This document shows, one piece after another, positions 10,169 through 19,987 of a stretch of DNA of 64,000 nucleotides; position 1 is the first letter of the stretch, and each line of letters starts with the position of its first letter. The notes beneath the pieces are model-generated. The model searched no databases. It was not told where the DNA came from and saw nothing but the letters and a program-made list of their open reading frames with translations. Origin of the DNA: Candidatus Dojkabacteria bacterium (GTDB lineage Bacteria; Patescibacteriota; Dojkabacteria; SC72); assembly GCA_016182915.1 (NCBI GenBank), contig JACPFP010000003.1, positions 8,806-72,805 of the forward strand, read 5' to 3'. The position numbers were made by a program, and so were the translations under genes.

Positions 10169-11137
10169 ATGTCTCAAAAGAAAATCAGTTTACTTGTCTT
10201 GCCCTCTATTGAAAATATTGAGAATATTGTAAGGGAGATACCTGTCGAGTTAACCAAGGCCTATTACTCATCCATTGAGTTCATTTTCAAAAATAATAAG
10301 GTGTCTATACTCCATAATGAGAGAGATATTAAAAGTTTCTCACATGTCTGGCTCTCCTCATACTGGTCATCTAGAGATCTCGCAGTTGCTGTAAAGAACT
10401 ATTTAGACTTCCATGGAGTATATACAACATACGTTGAGAATAGCTCATCAAAACTAACAGATCTAATGAGTTTTGTATTAGAGGGACTTATTTGTCCAGA
10501 TTCATACTACATTGAAAATTCAAAACTTCTATCTAATATTAAGAGGATTGAAGATACCTGTGGTTATCCAATGATTATGAAAGATAGTAAAGGCTGTGGT
10601 GGCGAGAATGCCGAATATATTAGTTCAAGAGAGGAATTAGTTGAAAGTATTAACAAGAGGAAAGTAGATATAAAATATATATTTCAGAGATTCATTCCAA
10701 ATAACTACGATTGGGGAATTCTAGTTGCAAACAATGAAGTTGTATCAGGAGAACGGAGTTCTCCTAAAAAAGGTGAATTCAGAAACAATAGTAAGGTTGG
10801 AGCTACTGAGGACTTTGTCACAGTTGAGGAAATACCACAGAATGTTAAGGATATCGCTATAAATGCTAGCAAAGCCCTAGGGTTAGATTGGTCAAGGTCT
10901 GATATTGTAATAGATAAGAATACTGGCCTACCCTACTTACTTGAGGTAAATAGATTTCCCGGAATTACAGTTGATAGTACTGAGGTAAGTGGTGCTACAT
11001 TATTCTTAAGAAGTTTCATTGAGAAAGAGGATAACCTTCTTTCACTTAACTATCAGTTAGAGGAATTAGATAAACCATTTGTAAAAAGGGAGATTGTTGC
11101 AATAGATGTTGGCGCACTTGATTTTACGGCCCTATAG
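10169..11137 (+). CDS. ATP-grasp domain ligase (RimK-like).
   Basis: Central and C-terminal ATP-grasp features (..KDSKGCGGE.., ..LLEVNRFPGIT..). Divergently oriented from the LmbE-like deacetylase. Confidence 0.55.
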   Translation: MSQKKISLLVLPSIENIENIVREIPVELTKAYYSSIEFIFKNNKVSILHNERDIKSFSHVWLSSYWSSRDLAVAVKNYLDFHGVYTTYVENSSSKLTDLMSFVLEGLICPDSYYIENSKLLSNIKRIEDTCGYPMIMKDSKGCGGENAEYISSREELVESINKRKVDIKYIFQRFIPNNYDWGILVANNEVVSGERSSPKKGEFRNNSKVGATEDFVTVEEIPQNVKDIAINASKALGLDWSRSDIVIDKNTGLPYLLEVNRFPGITVDSTEVSGATLFLRSFIEKEDNLLSLNYQLEELDKPFVKREIVAIDVGALDFTAL

Positions 11138-11252
11138 TTATACAATTTTGATATAGAGCTTGTTCCTGAGCATGGATTTAGGCCTAGCTTCCCCCACTGA
11201 ATTTAAAGATTAAATAACCGTCACTTATTTAATTTTTTAAATTAATAGTCAT

Positions 11253-11582
11253 ATGCAAACGTATAGATCTCGGATGGTGTACCTGCTAACAGGTATTATT
11301 AATTTTGTTTTTGGACTAGTTATTTCAGGACTACTTCTCCGTTTTATTCTAAGATTACTTGGAGCTAACCCAGGAGCTGGTTTCACAGCTTTTATATATG
11401 ACTCAACCACTTCCCTTCTTGACCCCTTTAGAAATATCTTCACACCATTTGTAATTGATAGAGGAATGGTATTAGAGTTCTCTACGCTATTTGCAATTGT
11501 TATATACTCACTAATATCATGGTTAATAGTTGAGTTTGTCTCATATATTGCATATATAGCCCCTGACTATTCTAAAAAATAG
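11253..11582 (+). CDS. YggT-family small integral membrane protein.
   Basis: It has two TM helices and a PFR..F.P motif characteristic of YggT/Ycf19. Confidence 0.5.
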   Translation: MQTYRSRMVYLLTGIINFVFGLVISGLLLRFILRLLGANPGAGFTAFIYDSTTSLLDPFRNIFTPFVIDRGMVLEFSTLFAIVIYSLISWLIVEFVSYIAYIAPDYSKK

Positions 11583-11585
11583 AAT

Positions 11586-12431
11586 CTACTTCTTTAAAAT
11601 CTCTTTTCCGTATACACCTTCAAGCAGGTCTAGGTCCTTATTCGAACTAATAAGTAGTTCAAGATTCATATCTTCCAAGGACTTTAGTACATTCATTCCC
11701 TTCTCACCTCCTACCTTCTCTTCATAGACGTCCATGAATGCTTTGAAGTCCTTAATGAAACAATGACCTCCTGCCCCCCTACCTGTTTTGTGTACAGGAC
11801 TTGTGTGTACAAAACCAATTCTAGGATCATGACCAATCCCCTCTTTAATTACCTCGTAGTCTGCTCCGACCTTCTGAGCTACATCATAAAGGAGATTGAA
11901 AAACATGACCTTAAACACAAAGGAAACATTTCCTGCATACTTAATTAGTTCCGCCTCTTTAGCTGCGCATATAAGCTCGTATGGGGCCTTAGGAAGCACT
12001 TCTATAACCTCCCTTGCCTTTCTTCTATACTCATCACTCTCAACTGGAATACCAATAATATTCCTATCTGGATTATCTGCATCATATCTCGCAGTGGCTT
12101 CGGTTAGGAATTCTGGTGAGTGAAATACGAACTTTTTTGGATACATCTTTTGAATAGATTCGGTTGTTCCTGGAACTATTGTAGATTTTATAACTGCAAT
12201 TTTACCGTCCCCGACTAAGCCGACAACCTCTCTCACAATTGAATCATCGAAACCATCCGGGGTACTTGGGGTTGGTACTGCAATGAGAACAATGTCACAC
12301 TCCTTTATCTTCTCCTTATTCCCACTATGTTCTTCTTCTACACCATACCTAACGATGTTAAATCCTCTTGTTTCGAAATTGTCTGCATAGTTTTTTCCTA
12401 TCCATCCTTGCCCTATAAATCCTATTTTCAT
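11586..12431 (-). CDS. UDP-glucose/GDP-mannose dehydrogenase family protein, short form lacking the C-terminal UDP-sugar-binding domain.
   Basis: N-terminal Rossmann MKIGFIGQGWIG, then VPTPSTPDG..VIKSTIVPGTTE and NPEF-like SPEFLTEATA. The catalytic-Cys motif GGHCFIKD (compare GGSCFPKD) is near the end. The ORF stops about 20 residues after the Cys. Confidence 0.55.
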   Translation of the reverse strand: MKIGFIGQGWIGKNYADNFETRGFNIVRYGVEEEHSGNKEKIKECDIVLIAVPTPSTPDGFDDSIVREVVGLVGDGKIAVIKSTIVPGTTESIQKMYPKKFVFHSPEFLTEATARYDADNPDRNIIGIPVESDEYRRKAREVIEVLPKAPYELICAAKEAELIKYAGNVSFVFKVMFFNLLYDVAQKVGADYEVIKEGIGHDPRIGFVHTSPVHKTGRGAGGHCFIKDFKAFMDVYEEKVGGEKGMNVLKSLEDMNLELLISSNKDLDLLEGVYGKEILKK

Positions 12432-12548
12432 ATTAACGGTAATTGAAGTTAGATGTTTCCATTATATTGACAGGAACATTTAAATGTAAAGTAATCTCTG
12501 TTTGCATTTCATCTCAAACTACTTTAGCATTAAAGAATTAAACTAATT

Positions 12549-13577
12549 ATGAAGAAAATGAGTAGTAAACAGTTTAAGGTTCGTCCCCAAACATATGCTT
12601 TTATATTAGTTTTACTTCTAGGCATACTTCTTGTTTCCAAAGAGTACTTTGCATCCGATGAACCATCTTTTAATAACGAGAAGAACCTAGTTAGTACATC
12701 GAATTGTCCAGAAGGTAGTTGGATTGACACTCATTTACATTTGGAAACTGAGGTCGCATTCTCAGAACTGGAGAGGAGGATGGATGATAATAATGTTGGA
12801 TGCTCACTTGCTTTTATCTATGTAGATCCAGAGGATCCTAAAGATAGTTTCGAAATCTTAACTGAGGATTACAATGGAAATCTTAATAGGATAATTCCAT
12901 ACTTCTTTATAACTCCTAAAACAGCACAAGATGCCAATATTGATAATATAAAGAAGGTTAGGTCAAATACAGGAAGCTTCTTTAAAGGGCATGGAGAATT
13001 CGCCTTCTATAGGGATCCGTTTAAACAGAGCTCACTATTAGATGAAAATTGGAAAGAAGTTTTTAAATATTCCCAAGAGAATGAGTATTACATTATGTTT
13101 CATTTAAGAGGTTCTGAACAGGTCTCTCAGCTTGAGGAGATTCTCACACTCTATCCAAAAGCGAAACTCCTATTACACGGTCCAGAATTGAGCAGTGAAC
13201 TTCCTGGACTGCTTTCAAAATATGAGAATCTTCTCTTCACTTTAGATACAGCCTCTCTGCTTATACAGAAGGGTGTTTCCATGGAGAGGTCAAACCTCAT
13301 GTATTCCCCTGGTGGTGAGGTAACTTTCAAGTCCGAGTTTGAAAAGAATAGGGAGAAGATACTGAAGAGTAGCTATGAGGAGTGGTTTCCTGTTATTAAG
13401 GCCGCACCGCAAAGAGTAATGTGGGGAACAGATGCCTCTTCAGATTGGCACTTTAGTGATGATACGTATGAAGTGTTAGTAGACTTTTCAGACGATTTTT
13501 TGAAGATGTTACCCGAAGAATATAGGGAAGGCTATATGTATGGTAATGCAAAGAGGCTTTTTCTTGAGTCTGAATAA
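12549..13577 (+). CDS. Secreted metal-dependent hydrolase, amidohydrolase-like TIM barrel (tentative).
   Basis: Signal-peptide-like N-terminus and a WIDTHLHLE metal-binding-like motif near the start of the mature domain. The family assignment is tentative. Confidence 0.4.
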   Translation: MKKMSSKQFKVRPQTYAFILVLLLGILLVSKEYFASDEPSFNNEKNLVSTSNCPEGSWIDTHLHLETEVAFSELERRMDDNNVGCSLAFIYVDPEDPKDSFEILTEDYNGNLNRIIPYFFITPKTAQDANIDNIKKVRSNTGSFFKGHGEFAFYRDPFKQSSLLDENWKEVFKYSQENEYYIMFHLRGSEQVSQLEEILTLYPKAKLLLHGPELSSELPGLLSKYENLLFTLDTASLLIQKGVSMERSNLMYSPGGEVTFKSEFEKNREKILKSSYEEWFPVIKAAPQRVMWGTDASSDWHFSDDTYEVLVDFSDDFLKMLPEEYREGYMYGNAKRLFLESE

Positions 13578-13595
13578 TTGACTGTTGTCTCCTAC

Positions 13596-14186
13596 CTATA
13601 ATCTAAAAAGCAATACAATTATAGTTCCTAAAACCATAAAGGGAACTAAAGGTATTTTTAGGCCCTTAAATACCCTCTTCTCGTATGCAATGAGTAGTCC
13701 GTAAAAAAGTGCTGAGAACACGGTTATGTTTAACCATAGCCATAGATTCCCTACTCCAATTATAAGGCCAATGGCAATTACGATTCTAACATCTCCGAGT
13801 CCTAGAAGCGTTTCTTTAGATAGTATAACCGTAAGGAGAAATACTCCCCCAAGTATTAGAGCTGCGAGGAGATTATCGTAGGGAATGTAGGTTAGAGATT
13901 TTGTAATTTGAAAAGATTTTTCTGGACCGAGAAAGAGGAACGGAAGTAAGTTGAGAAGGAGGAAAAAGAGGAGAAGGAGTAACGAAACTGAATTTTGGAC
14001 TTCCATTTTTAGCAGATCGTAATAAGAAAGGTATAGTAATGAAGCTAGAGTGAAAATAAAGATTAGAAATGAAATAGTTGTTACTAAGGTAGAACTTATA
14101 TTTGTGAAAAAAAAGTAAGTGCTAACAGCGGAAGAAAGAATAAAGAGATTAATAAATATTAATTTTAAACGACTTCGCTTCTTCAT
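13596..14186 (-). CDS. Prepilin peptidase (A24 family, short form without a methyltransferase domain).
   Basis: Polytopic membrane protein with YYDL.. and GLGDVRI motifs corresponding to the two catalytic Asp regions. It is the terminal gene of the pilus operon. Confidence 0.6.
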   Translation of the reverse strand: MKKRSRLKLIFINLFILSSAVSTYFFFTNISSTLVTTISFLIFIFTLASLLYLSYYDLLKMEVQNSVSLLLLLFFLLLNLLPFLFLGPEKSFQITKSLTYIPYDNLLAALILGGVFLLTVILSKETLLGLGDVRIVIAIGLIIGVGNLWLWLNITVFSALFYGLLIAYEKRVFKGLKIPLVPFMVLGTIIVLLFRL

Positions 14187-14560
14187 TCGATATTTTTTAG
14201 CTCAAAAGGATTTAGGTTTGTATTCAGTTCTTTTTTAGATATAGTTTCAATTCCATTCCCATCTGAAGATGTAAGGGTTAATAGTTTAATTGTTGGATCT
14301 CCTCCTTTATTTTCAATAGTAACTGTACATGTCCATCCTTCTCCATTAAATATTTTACTTCCAGTAAATGCGGTATCTCTCTTTAGAGCATATACAGTCT
14401 CTTCGATACATGTTTCAGAGTTAGATTTAAGCACTTGAGAGTCGTAATTCATCTTTGAGATAGAGAGGAGAGTAATATTTTCATATAGAGAACTTACCCC
14501 TGTTAAGAGAAGTAATGGAATCATTATTAGTACGCATGTCAGGGCTACATAACCTCTCAT
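14183..14560 (-). CDS. Pilus-operon membrane-anchored protein, unknown function.
   Basis: N-terminal hydrophobic anchor with no canonical G-F-x-x-x-E prepilin motif. Its ends overlap the neighbouring pilus genes by 4 bp. Confidence 0.4.
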   Translation of the reverse strand: MRGYVALTCVLIMIPLLLLTGVSSLYENITLLSISKMNYDSQVLKSNSETCIEETVYALKRDTAFTGSKIFNGEGWTCTVTIENKGGDPTIKLLTLTSSDGNGIETISKKELNTNLNPFELKNIE

Positions 14561-15030
14561 CTAAGTGTAAATAACATGTTAATTGGTAATGATATTGAAT
14601 TGTCTTTATTCAAAACAAGGAGTATGTCCGTATTAATACCTATTATTGTATTGTCATTATCGTAAACAGGCGTAAGTATAAATTGAGTTATGGACGTGTT
14701 CGGAGGTGTTATTGGAACTCCATTGTATTGTAGTCTGTTGTTTACAATTTCATACACTCCGGTAGTAGTCTCATATCGTATCTGTAGCTTTCCATTTGAG
14801 TTTTCAAACACACTATTAATGCTGTCAATAGATTGAGCTTTGTGGAAACTATCTGTCAGGTGTTGAATCACAAATTCGCTTGCCTGGTGGACGATCCTTT
14901 TACGCTCAGTCCTGAGTGTACTTTCCTGTGTCGCCAGCATGAAGTTAAGTATCATTAATATAATGACGGAAAAAAGACTTAGATATACTAAGGTCTCAAG
15001 CAGAGTTATTCCCTTTAGTTTATTTTTCAT
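14557..15030 (-). CDS. Minor pilin / pseudopilin with a class III prepilin signal.
   Basis: N-terminal ..KGITLLETLVYLSLFSVIIL.. has the G/hydrophobic/E+5 prepilin cleavage motif. Confidence 0.65.
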   Translation of the reverse strand: MKNKLKGITLLETLVYLSLFSVIILMILNFMLATQESTLRTERKRIVHQASEFVIQHLTDSFHKAQSIDSINSVFENSNGKLQIRYETTTGVYEIVNNRLQYNGVPITPPNTSITQFILTPVYDNDNTIIGINTDILLVLNKDNSISLPINMLFTLR

Positions 15031-16921
15031 AGTTTATAACAATTTCTTCAAGTAATGGTGTTGATACGGTATCAGAGATTAATTCCGCTTTGTATTGAAG
15101 ATATCTTCCTGTAACTCCGGAGGGAAGGGTATATACATTAGTAGTTGTGAAGTATGTAGTAGCTGTACCATCCGGACCTAACCAAGTTGAGCCTGACATA
15201 TCAGAGTTAATGCTAACCCTAATCTGAACTTTAAGGGTAGTGCCTGAAGGAACTGTGCTTGTTAGTCCTAAAATAAAGTAAGTGGAGGTTGTTGACTGCG
15301 AATCAAATATTGGAGAGAGGTATTCTCCATTTGGTAGATATCCATTCCCATCCGCCCCTCCTCCTCCTGGACCTCCTCTTATAATTTTAAATTCTGAGGT
15401 TGAATCCTTCGTGACTACATACGTATAATGATTTGTTCCTTGCTTGACCAGAGCAAGGGCATTCACGCCTGTATTTATCTGAAGTCCTCCACATTTGTTT
15501 GGGGCTCCCTCGTTTGTAATATCTAGTACTTGATACTCTTCCCCATTTGTACCTGCAATGATAGCTCGATTGTCTATAGAGGCAACTGCTTTAGGGCTCA
15601 TTTCACCTGTGTCAAATGAGCTGATTACAGGTAATGCACCAACTTTATTACTTATGTTCACGATGAAGAACTCATCCGCGATATTTATTGTAGTTGTAAC
15701 GTAAGCTCTATTTGTCACTGTGGATATATACAAACTCGTACCGTCTGCATCATTCAGGTCTGCATTTCCTCTTAATGTAATGCTTGAGTCATTATATTCA
15801 TATATTACGAATTGATTGTTGTTGCCAGATAATGTTAGATATGCGTAAACTCCTTCCACAAAGATATCCGTGGCTGCACCAACATTTGATGACCTAATTA
15901 ATGCTCTCTCTCCAGTATATGAGGAGAGATCGAAGATACTTAGAGAATTACCATGGGCAACAAACCCCCTATTCCCTAGCACAAATACGGAGTTAGCATC
16001 CTGTACGCCTGTAGCATTAAAGTATCCTACCTCTGTAAATGGTGACGTTGTAATATCATAAATCACTACTTCTTTTGCGTTATTATCAGTTGCGAGTACT
16101 GCATAGTTACCTATGCCAAAGACATCGTTTACCTTATAACCATCGATTGTGCCGTTAACTGTAACAGTTGGAGGTTCACCGGCAACCGTAGCCTTCATGA
16201 AGGATATTCCTGATGAATTACTTCCGGTTCCCATATGAACTTCTTCACCGTACACGGAGACGTTTGAAGCAATACCTTGGCCTGGAAGGTCGTGTGAGGT
16301 CATACTAAGGGTTGGGTTGCACCAGTCAGCATAGAACATAGATTGAAGACGAATCTCTCCGCCTGAGTAGTTTGCTGCCATCGTAGAGCTATGTGTACCT
16401 AGGAGGAAGTCATCATGGGTTGTATATACAATGGAATTAGTTTCCCAGTCGTTTATATATATCATAGGTGAAATACTATGAACTTTCTCCAAAGAATCTG
16501 TCCATTCTATATTTAGTTGAACTAACCTTGTGTGTGCATCTACTGTCCCTCCGCTTTCCACAAGGACCCCATTATTGTCTCTATGTGCAGGGAGAACTTC
16601 GATAGTATAGGTAAAGCCATTTTTTTCACCCTGTCCATTAACAATTTGGTATTCTCCCCCTGTTATTTCAAAGTGTTTAATTCCTGTATTAGTATGTGAA
16701 GCTACGCTATACCAGGACTTTGATTTAAGCATAATTAATGTACTGTTAATCTCTTTTGTGAGATTAGAAGCTTTTGTTCTTGCTTTCGTATTTTCTAAAG
16801 TTCGCGTAGAATCAACTACCAAAAGCATTAAGGTTGAAGCAATTATTGCAAAAATACCAATAGCAAGTACCAGCTCCACAAGCCCAAATCCCTTATTATT
16901 GTTCTTTTTATAAATCTTCAT
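15020..16921 (-). CDS. Large (633-aa) prepilin-motif protein, candidate tip or adhesin minor pilin.
   Basis: N-terminal KGFGLVELVLAIGIFAII prepilin motif, then a long beta-rich domain with a Gly-rich segment (GGPGGGGADGNG). Confidence 0.6.
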   Translation of the reverse strand: MKIYKKNNNKGFGLVELVLAIGIFAIIASTLMLLVVDSTRTLENTKARTKASNLTKEINSTLIMLKSKSWYSVASHTNTGIKHFEITGGEYQIVNGQGEKNGFTYTIEVLPAHRDNNGVLVESGGTVDAHTRLVQLNIEWTDSLEKVHSISPMIYINDWETNSIVYTTHDDFLLGTHSSTMAANYSGGEIRLQSMFYADWCNPTLSMTSHDLPGQGIASNVSVYGEEVHMGTGSNSSGISFMKATVAGEPPTVTVNGTIDGYKVNDVFGIGNYAVLATDNNAKEVVIYDITTSPFTEVGYFNATGVQDANSVFVLGNRGFVAHGNSLSIFDLSSYTGERALIRSSNVGAATDIFVEGVYAYLTLSGNNNQFVIYEYNDSSITLRGNADLNDADGTSLYISTVTNRAYVTTTINIADEFFIVNISNKVGALPVISSFDTGEMSPKAVASIDNRAIIAGTNGEEYQVLDITNEGAPNKCGGLQINTGVNALALVKQGTNHYTYVVTKDSTSEFKIIRGGPGGGGADGNGYLPNGEYLSPIFDSQSTTSTYFILGLTSTVPSGTTLKVQIRVSINSDMSGSTWLGPDGTATTYFTTTNVYTLPSGVTGRYLQYKAELISDTVSTPLLEEIVINYEK

Positions 16922-17372
16922 AACCTATCAGTCCTTCTGCATTTATATATATTCTTGTGGAAAATGTTCCATCGGTAATTATTGCCGTTCCATAGGTTGT
17001 AGGTTTGAATTCTCCCTGAGAGAATAGAATCTCTGACCCGGACGTTAGGGATATTGTATGCATTCGTATATTAGCAGGAAACGATTTGGATTCGACTTCA
17101 GTTGCTGTTGAGTAGCTTGCTCCATCAAAGAGTGAATATCCATTGGCTTGCAGTCTGATTCCCTCTGCTAGATTTCGGTTCGCACTTCGTTGCTGTTGGA
17201 AGTATATGTCAGCAGAAAGCTGTTCTGCATAGCTATCAAGTTTTGCCTTATTTGCCTTATTTATGGCGATTGGGAATACAACAATCGTAATCATAAGGAG
17301 AATTCCCATTGTCATAAGGACTTCGAGAAGGGAAAAGCCTTTCAGTTGTTTATAATATCTTCCATTACTCAT
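16908..17372 (-). CDS. Minor pilin / pseudopilin.
   Basis: N-terminal ..KGFSLLEVLMTMGILLMI.. prepilin motif. Confidence 0.7.
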   Translation of the reverse strand: MSNGRYYKQLKGFSLLEVLMTMGILLMITIVVFPIAINKANKAKLDSYAEQLSADIYFQQQRSANRNLAEGIRLQANGYSLFDGASYSTATEVESKSFPANIRMHTISLTSGSEILFSQGEFKPTTYGTAIITDGTFSTRIYINAEGLIGYEDL

Positions 17373-18474
17373 TAATACTTCCCATCAATTGATAAATTGG
17401 CATTAGGATTGTTACACCCAGTAATCCAATTATTATACCGACGAGAATTAAAAGTAGTGGTTCTACTAAGGTAACTATGTTGTTACTCATCTCTGTAACA
17501 TCGTCTGAGTAATAATCGTGAAGGTACATCATATTTTCTTCTAAAGTTCCGCTGATTTCTCCGATCTCAACCATCTTTATAAAAGATTTATTGAAATAAT
17601 TCCCATGTTGAGAGAGAGAGGTTGCCATATTCTGCCCATCATCTATATTTTTATGGATGACCATTAGTATTTTCTGATAGATTTGATTGTTCATGGTGTT
17701 TGCCGCTATTAACATGGCTTTGGATAGTGGTAATCCACTTGCAAGGAGTACCCCCAAGGTTCTTGAGAATGAAGCCAGTATATTGCTTATAAAGAGGTTC
17801 TTTAGTATTGGGAAGTTAATTGAGACCCAGCTGGTAAAGTACTTCCCGTATTTGGTTTTCAAGAAAATTATAAAGGTTATTAGTATCGCAAGGGCAATTG
17901 CGAATATGGTTAGCCAGTTGTCTCTAATTGCTTGAGCTTTCTCCATGATGAATATTGTAAGGGGAGGTACATTGGTAAAACTTTTATATAACTCCTCCAT
18001 CTTGGGAAGTACTATAAAAATCATGCCAGTGAATTCTAGAAGAGTAAGGGTAATAATGATTGAGGGATATATAAGAGCTCCTCTCATTTTCCTGTTCAAC
18101 TCGTAAGATTTCTTAATTGTTTCTGCAATGAATAGTAGATTCTTTTCCAACGATGCTCCGCTCTCCCCTGCATCAACAACCGAAACCATTGTTTCTGGGA
18201 ATATCTTTGGGAAAAGTTTCATAGCTTTGGAAAGACTGGACCCCTCTTCAATCTCTCTGTGCATGAAAGCATAGATTCTGTTTAGGTTCTTATCGTTGGA
18301 CTGCTCTGACATCGTCTGTACTGCGTCTGAAAGAGATATACTTGCTCTAAGTAGCGCAGCAAAAGACTTTATGGAGATTAGAAGATTTGAGGTTGAGATT
18401 GTAATCCCTTTAAGCTGTCTTAGCTCTTTCTCTTTCTTTTTTTCAGCTTCTGTTTTTGGTTCTTTTTTCGCCAT
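17365..18474 (-). CDS. pilC: Type IV pilus / T2SS inner-membrane platform protein (GspF/PilC family).
   Basis: Two T2SSF-type repeats with three TM segments and the size typical of PilC. It is translationally coupled to the upstream ATPase. Confidence 0.85.
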   Translation of the reverse strand: MAKKEPKTEAEKKKEKELRQLKGITISTSNLLISIKSFAALLRASISLSDAVQTMSEQSNDKNLNRIYAFMHREIEEGSSLSKAMKLFPKIFPETMVSVVDAGESGASLEKNLLFIAETIKKSYELNRKMRGALIYPSIIITLTLLEFTGMIFIVLPKMEELYKSFTNVPPLTIFIMEKAQAIRDNWLTIFAIALAILITFIIFLKTKYGKYFTSWVSINFPILKNLFISNILASFSRTLGVLLASGLPLSKAMLIAANTMNNQIYQKILMVIHKNIDDGQNMATSLSQHGNYFNKSFIKMVEIGEISGTLEENMMYLHDYYSDDVTEMSNNIVTLVEPLLLILVGIIIGLLGVTILMPIYQLMGSINE

Positions 18475-19925
18475 TATTCTTTTATTGCGATTACTCTGAC
18501 AAGCTCTTCTAGGTCAATTACCCCAGATTTTAGCTTATCTACAGCATCCTCAATCATTAATTTAAAGTTACCTTTCTTTGCTGCGGCAAGGATTGCGTCT
18601 GTACTTGGCTGGCTTATCACTGTATCTCTTACTTCTTTACTCATTCTTAGAACTTCATATAATCCTATTCTGCCTGAGTATCCTGTGTCGTCGCACTTGC
18701 TGCATCCAACGGCTTTGTACAATTTAGGCGAAGTCCCTACGTATTTCTCTACATCAGGGCGGAACTTAAGAATCTCCTTATTCTTCTCATCCGAATTCAC
18801 ACTATATTCTGCCTTGCAGTGATCGCAGAGTTTTCTTGCAAGTCTTTGACTTATGATTATGTTTATAGTTGAGGCTATTAGGAACGGTTCAATTCCCATG
18901 TCAACGAGTCTTGGTATTGCACTTATCGCATCATTAGCGTGAATGGTTGAAAGAACCAAGTGTCCTGTTAAAGCTGAATTTACTGTGATTCGCGCGGTTT
19001 CTGTGTCCCTAATCTCACCGACCATAATAATATTTGGATCTTGTCTAAGTATGGATCTCAGACCGTTTGCAAAAGTTAGATTACTCTTCTCATTAATCTG
19101 AATGTGGTTTACTCCCTCAATGTTATACTCAACAGGATCCTCAATTGTTGTAATGTTGACCTTTCTTGTGTTTAGTATCTTTAGTATTGAATACAAGGTC
19201 GTAGTTTTACCGCTTCCTGTTGGTCCTGTTGCAAGGATAAGGCCATAAGGCTCTCTATAGCTAGATTCTACTTTTGCAAGATCGGCAGGCTCAAATCCAA
19301 GGTCTGCAAGACCGAAACTTTTACTTGTCTGAGCGAGAAGCCTAATAACTACCTTCTCACCAAAAGTGACAGGAAGAATTGAGATACGAGCATCTACTCT
19401 ATAAATATCATCACTTTTCTTCTCGGTAAAGCTATCTTTAAGATTCTCAAAAGCATTGAAGGTTTTCTTTATTACACTCTCGTCTTTCTTCTCATCCTTT
19501 TTTTCCTCTTTTACTTCCTCTTCTACCTTAACTTCATTATCTTTCACTGTTTTATCTTCTTTTTTCTTCTGCTCCTCCTCTTCCATCTGCTTTGCAGCCT
19601 CCTCACTTACCATTTTTATATCATCTTTATGGAATGAGAAAAGGATCTTTCCGTCTTGAGGTGTGAAGTGTATATCGGTTCTGAGCTTTGCCCTAACCTT
19701 TATAATGAAGAGAATACTTTCTTCAAGGTTATCCCCGATTGTTATGAAATCTCTCAGCATTCCGTCTATTCTATATCTGACAAGGATTTTATTTCCCTCT
19801 ACTGCTTCAAGATGTATATCTGAAGCTTTCCTCTCAATGGCCTCCTTCACTATAACGTCCAGAAGATCTGAAACGTTTTGTTTCTTTTTCCCAACTTCAT
19901 CAATGACTTTTAGAAGGTCAACCAT
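18474..19925 (-). CDS. pilB: Type IV pilus assembly ATPase (GspE/PilB family) with an N-terminal K/E-rich low-complexity insertion.
   Basis: Walker A GPTGSGKTT, Asp/His boxes and a C-terminal tetracysteine motif (CDHC..CSKCDDTGY). An insert EEEEQKKKEDKTVKDNEVKVEEEVKEEKKDEKKDE lies after the N-terminal domain. Confidence 0.9.
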   Translation of the reverse strand: MVDLLKVIDEVGKKKQNVSDLLDVIVKEAIERKASDIHLEAVEGNKILVRYRIDGMLRDFITIGDNLEESILFIIKVRAKLRTDIHFTPQDGKILFSFHKDDIKMVSEEAAKQMEEEEQKKKEDKTVKDNEVKVEEEVKEEKKDEKKDESVIKKTFNAFENLKDSFTEKKSDDIYRVDARISILPVTFGEKVVIRLLAQTSKSFGLADLGFEPADLAKVESSYREPYGLILATGPTGSGKTTTLYSILKILNTRKVNITTIEDPVEYNIEGVNHIQINEKSNLTFANGLRSILRQDPNIIMVGEIRDTETARITVNSALTGHLVLSTIHANDAISAIPRLVDMGIEPFLIASTINIIISQRLARKLCDHCKAEYSVNSDEKNKEILKFRPDVEKYVGTSPKLYKAVGCSKCDDTGYSGRIGLYEVLRMSKEVRDTVISQPSTDAILAAAKKGNFKLMIEDAVDKLKSGVIDLEELVRVIAIKE

Positions 19926-19987
19926 AATAGTAGGTCAGTTTACTATAGAAAATAGGTTTACTATTTATTAAAGGCTTTCGCCGGTTA

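Noticed and set aside
19456-19971. Plus-strand ORFs (67 aa and 102 aa) rich in Ser and Phe, antisense to pilB.
   Set aside because: They are the reverse-complement reading of the K/E-rich (GAA/AAG-rich) insertion within pilB. They are low-complexity artefacts with no start context.
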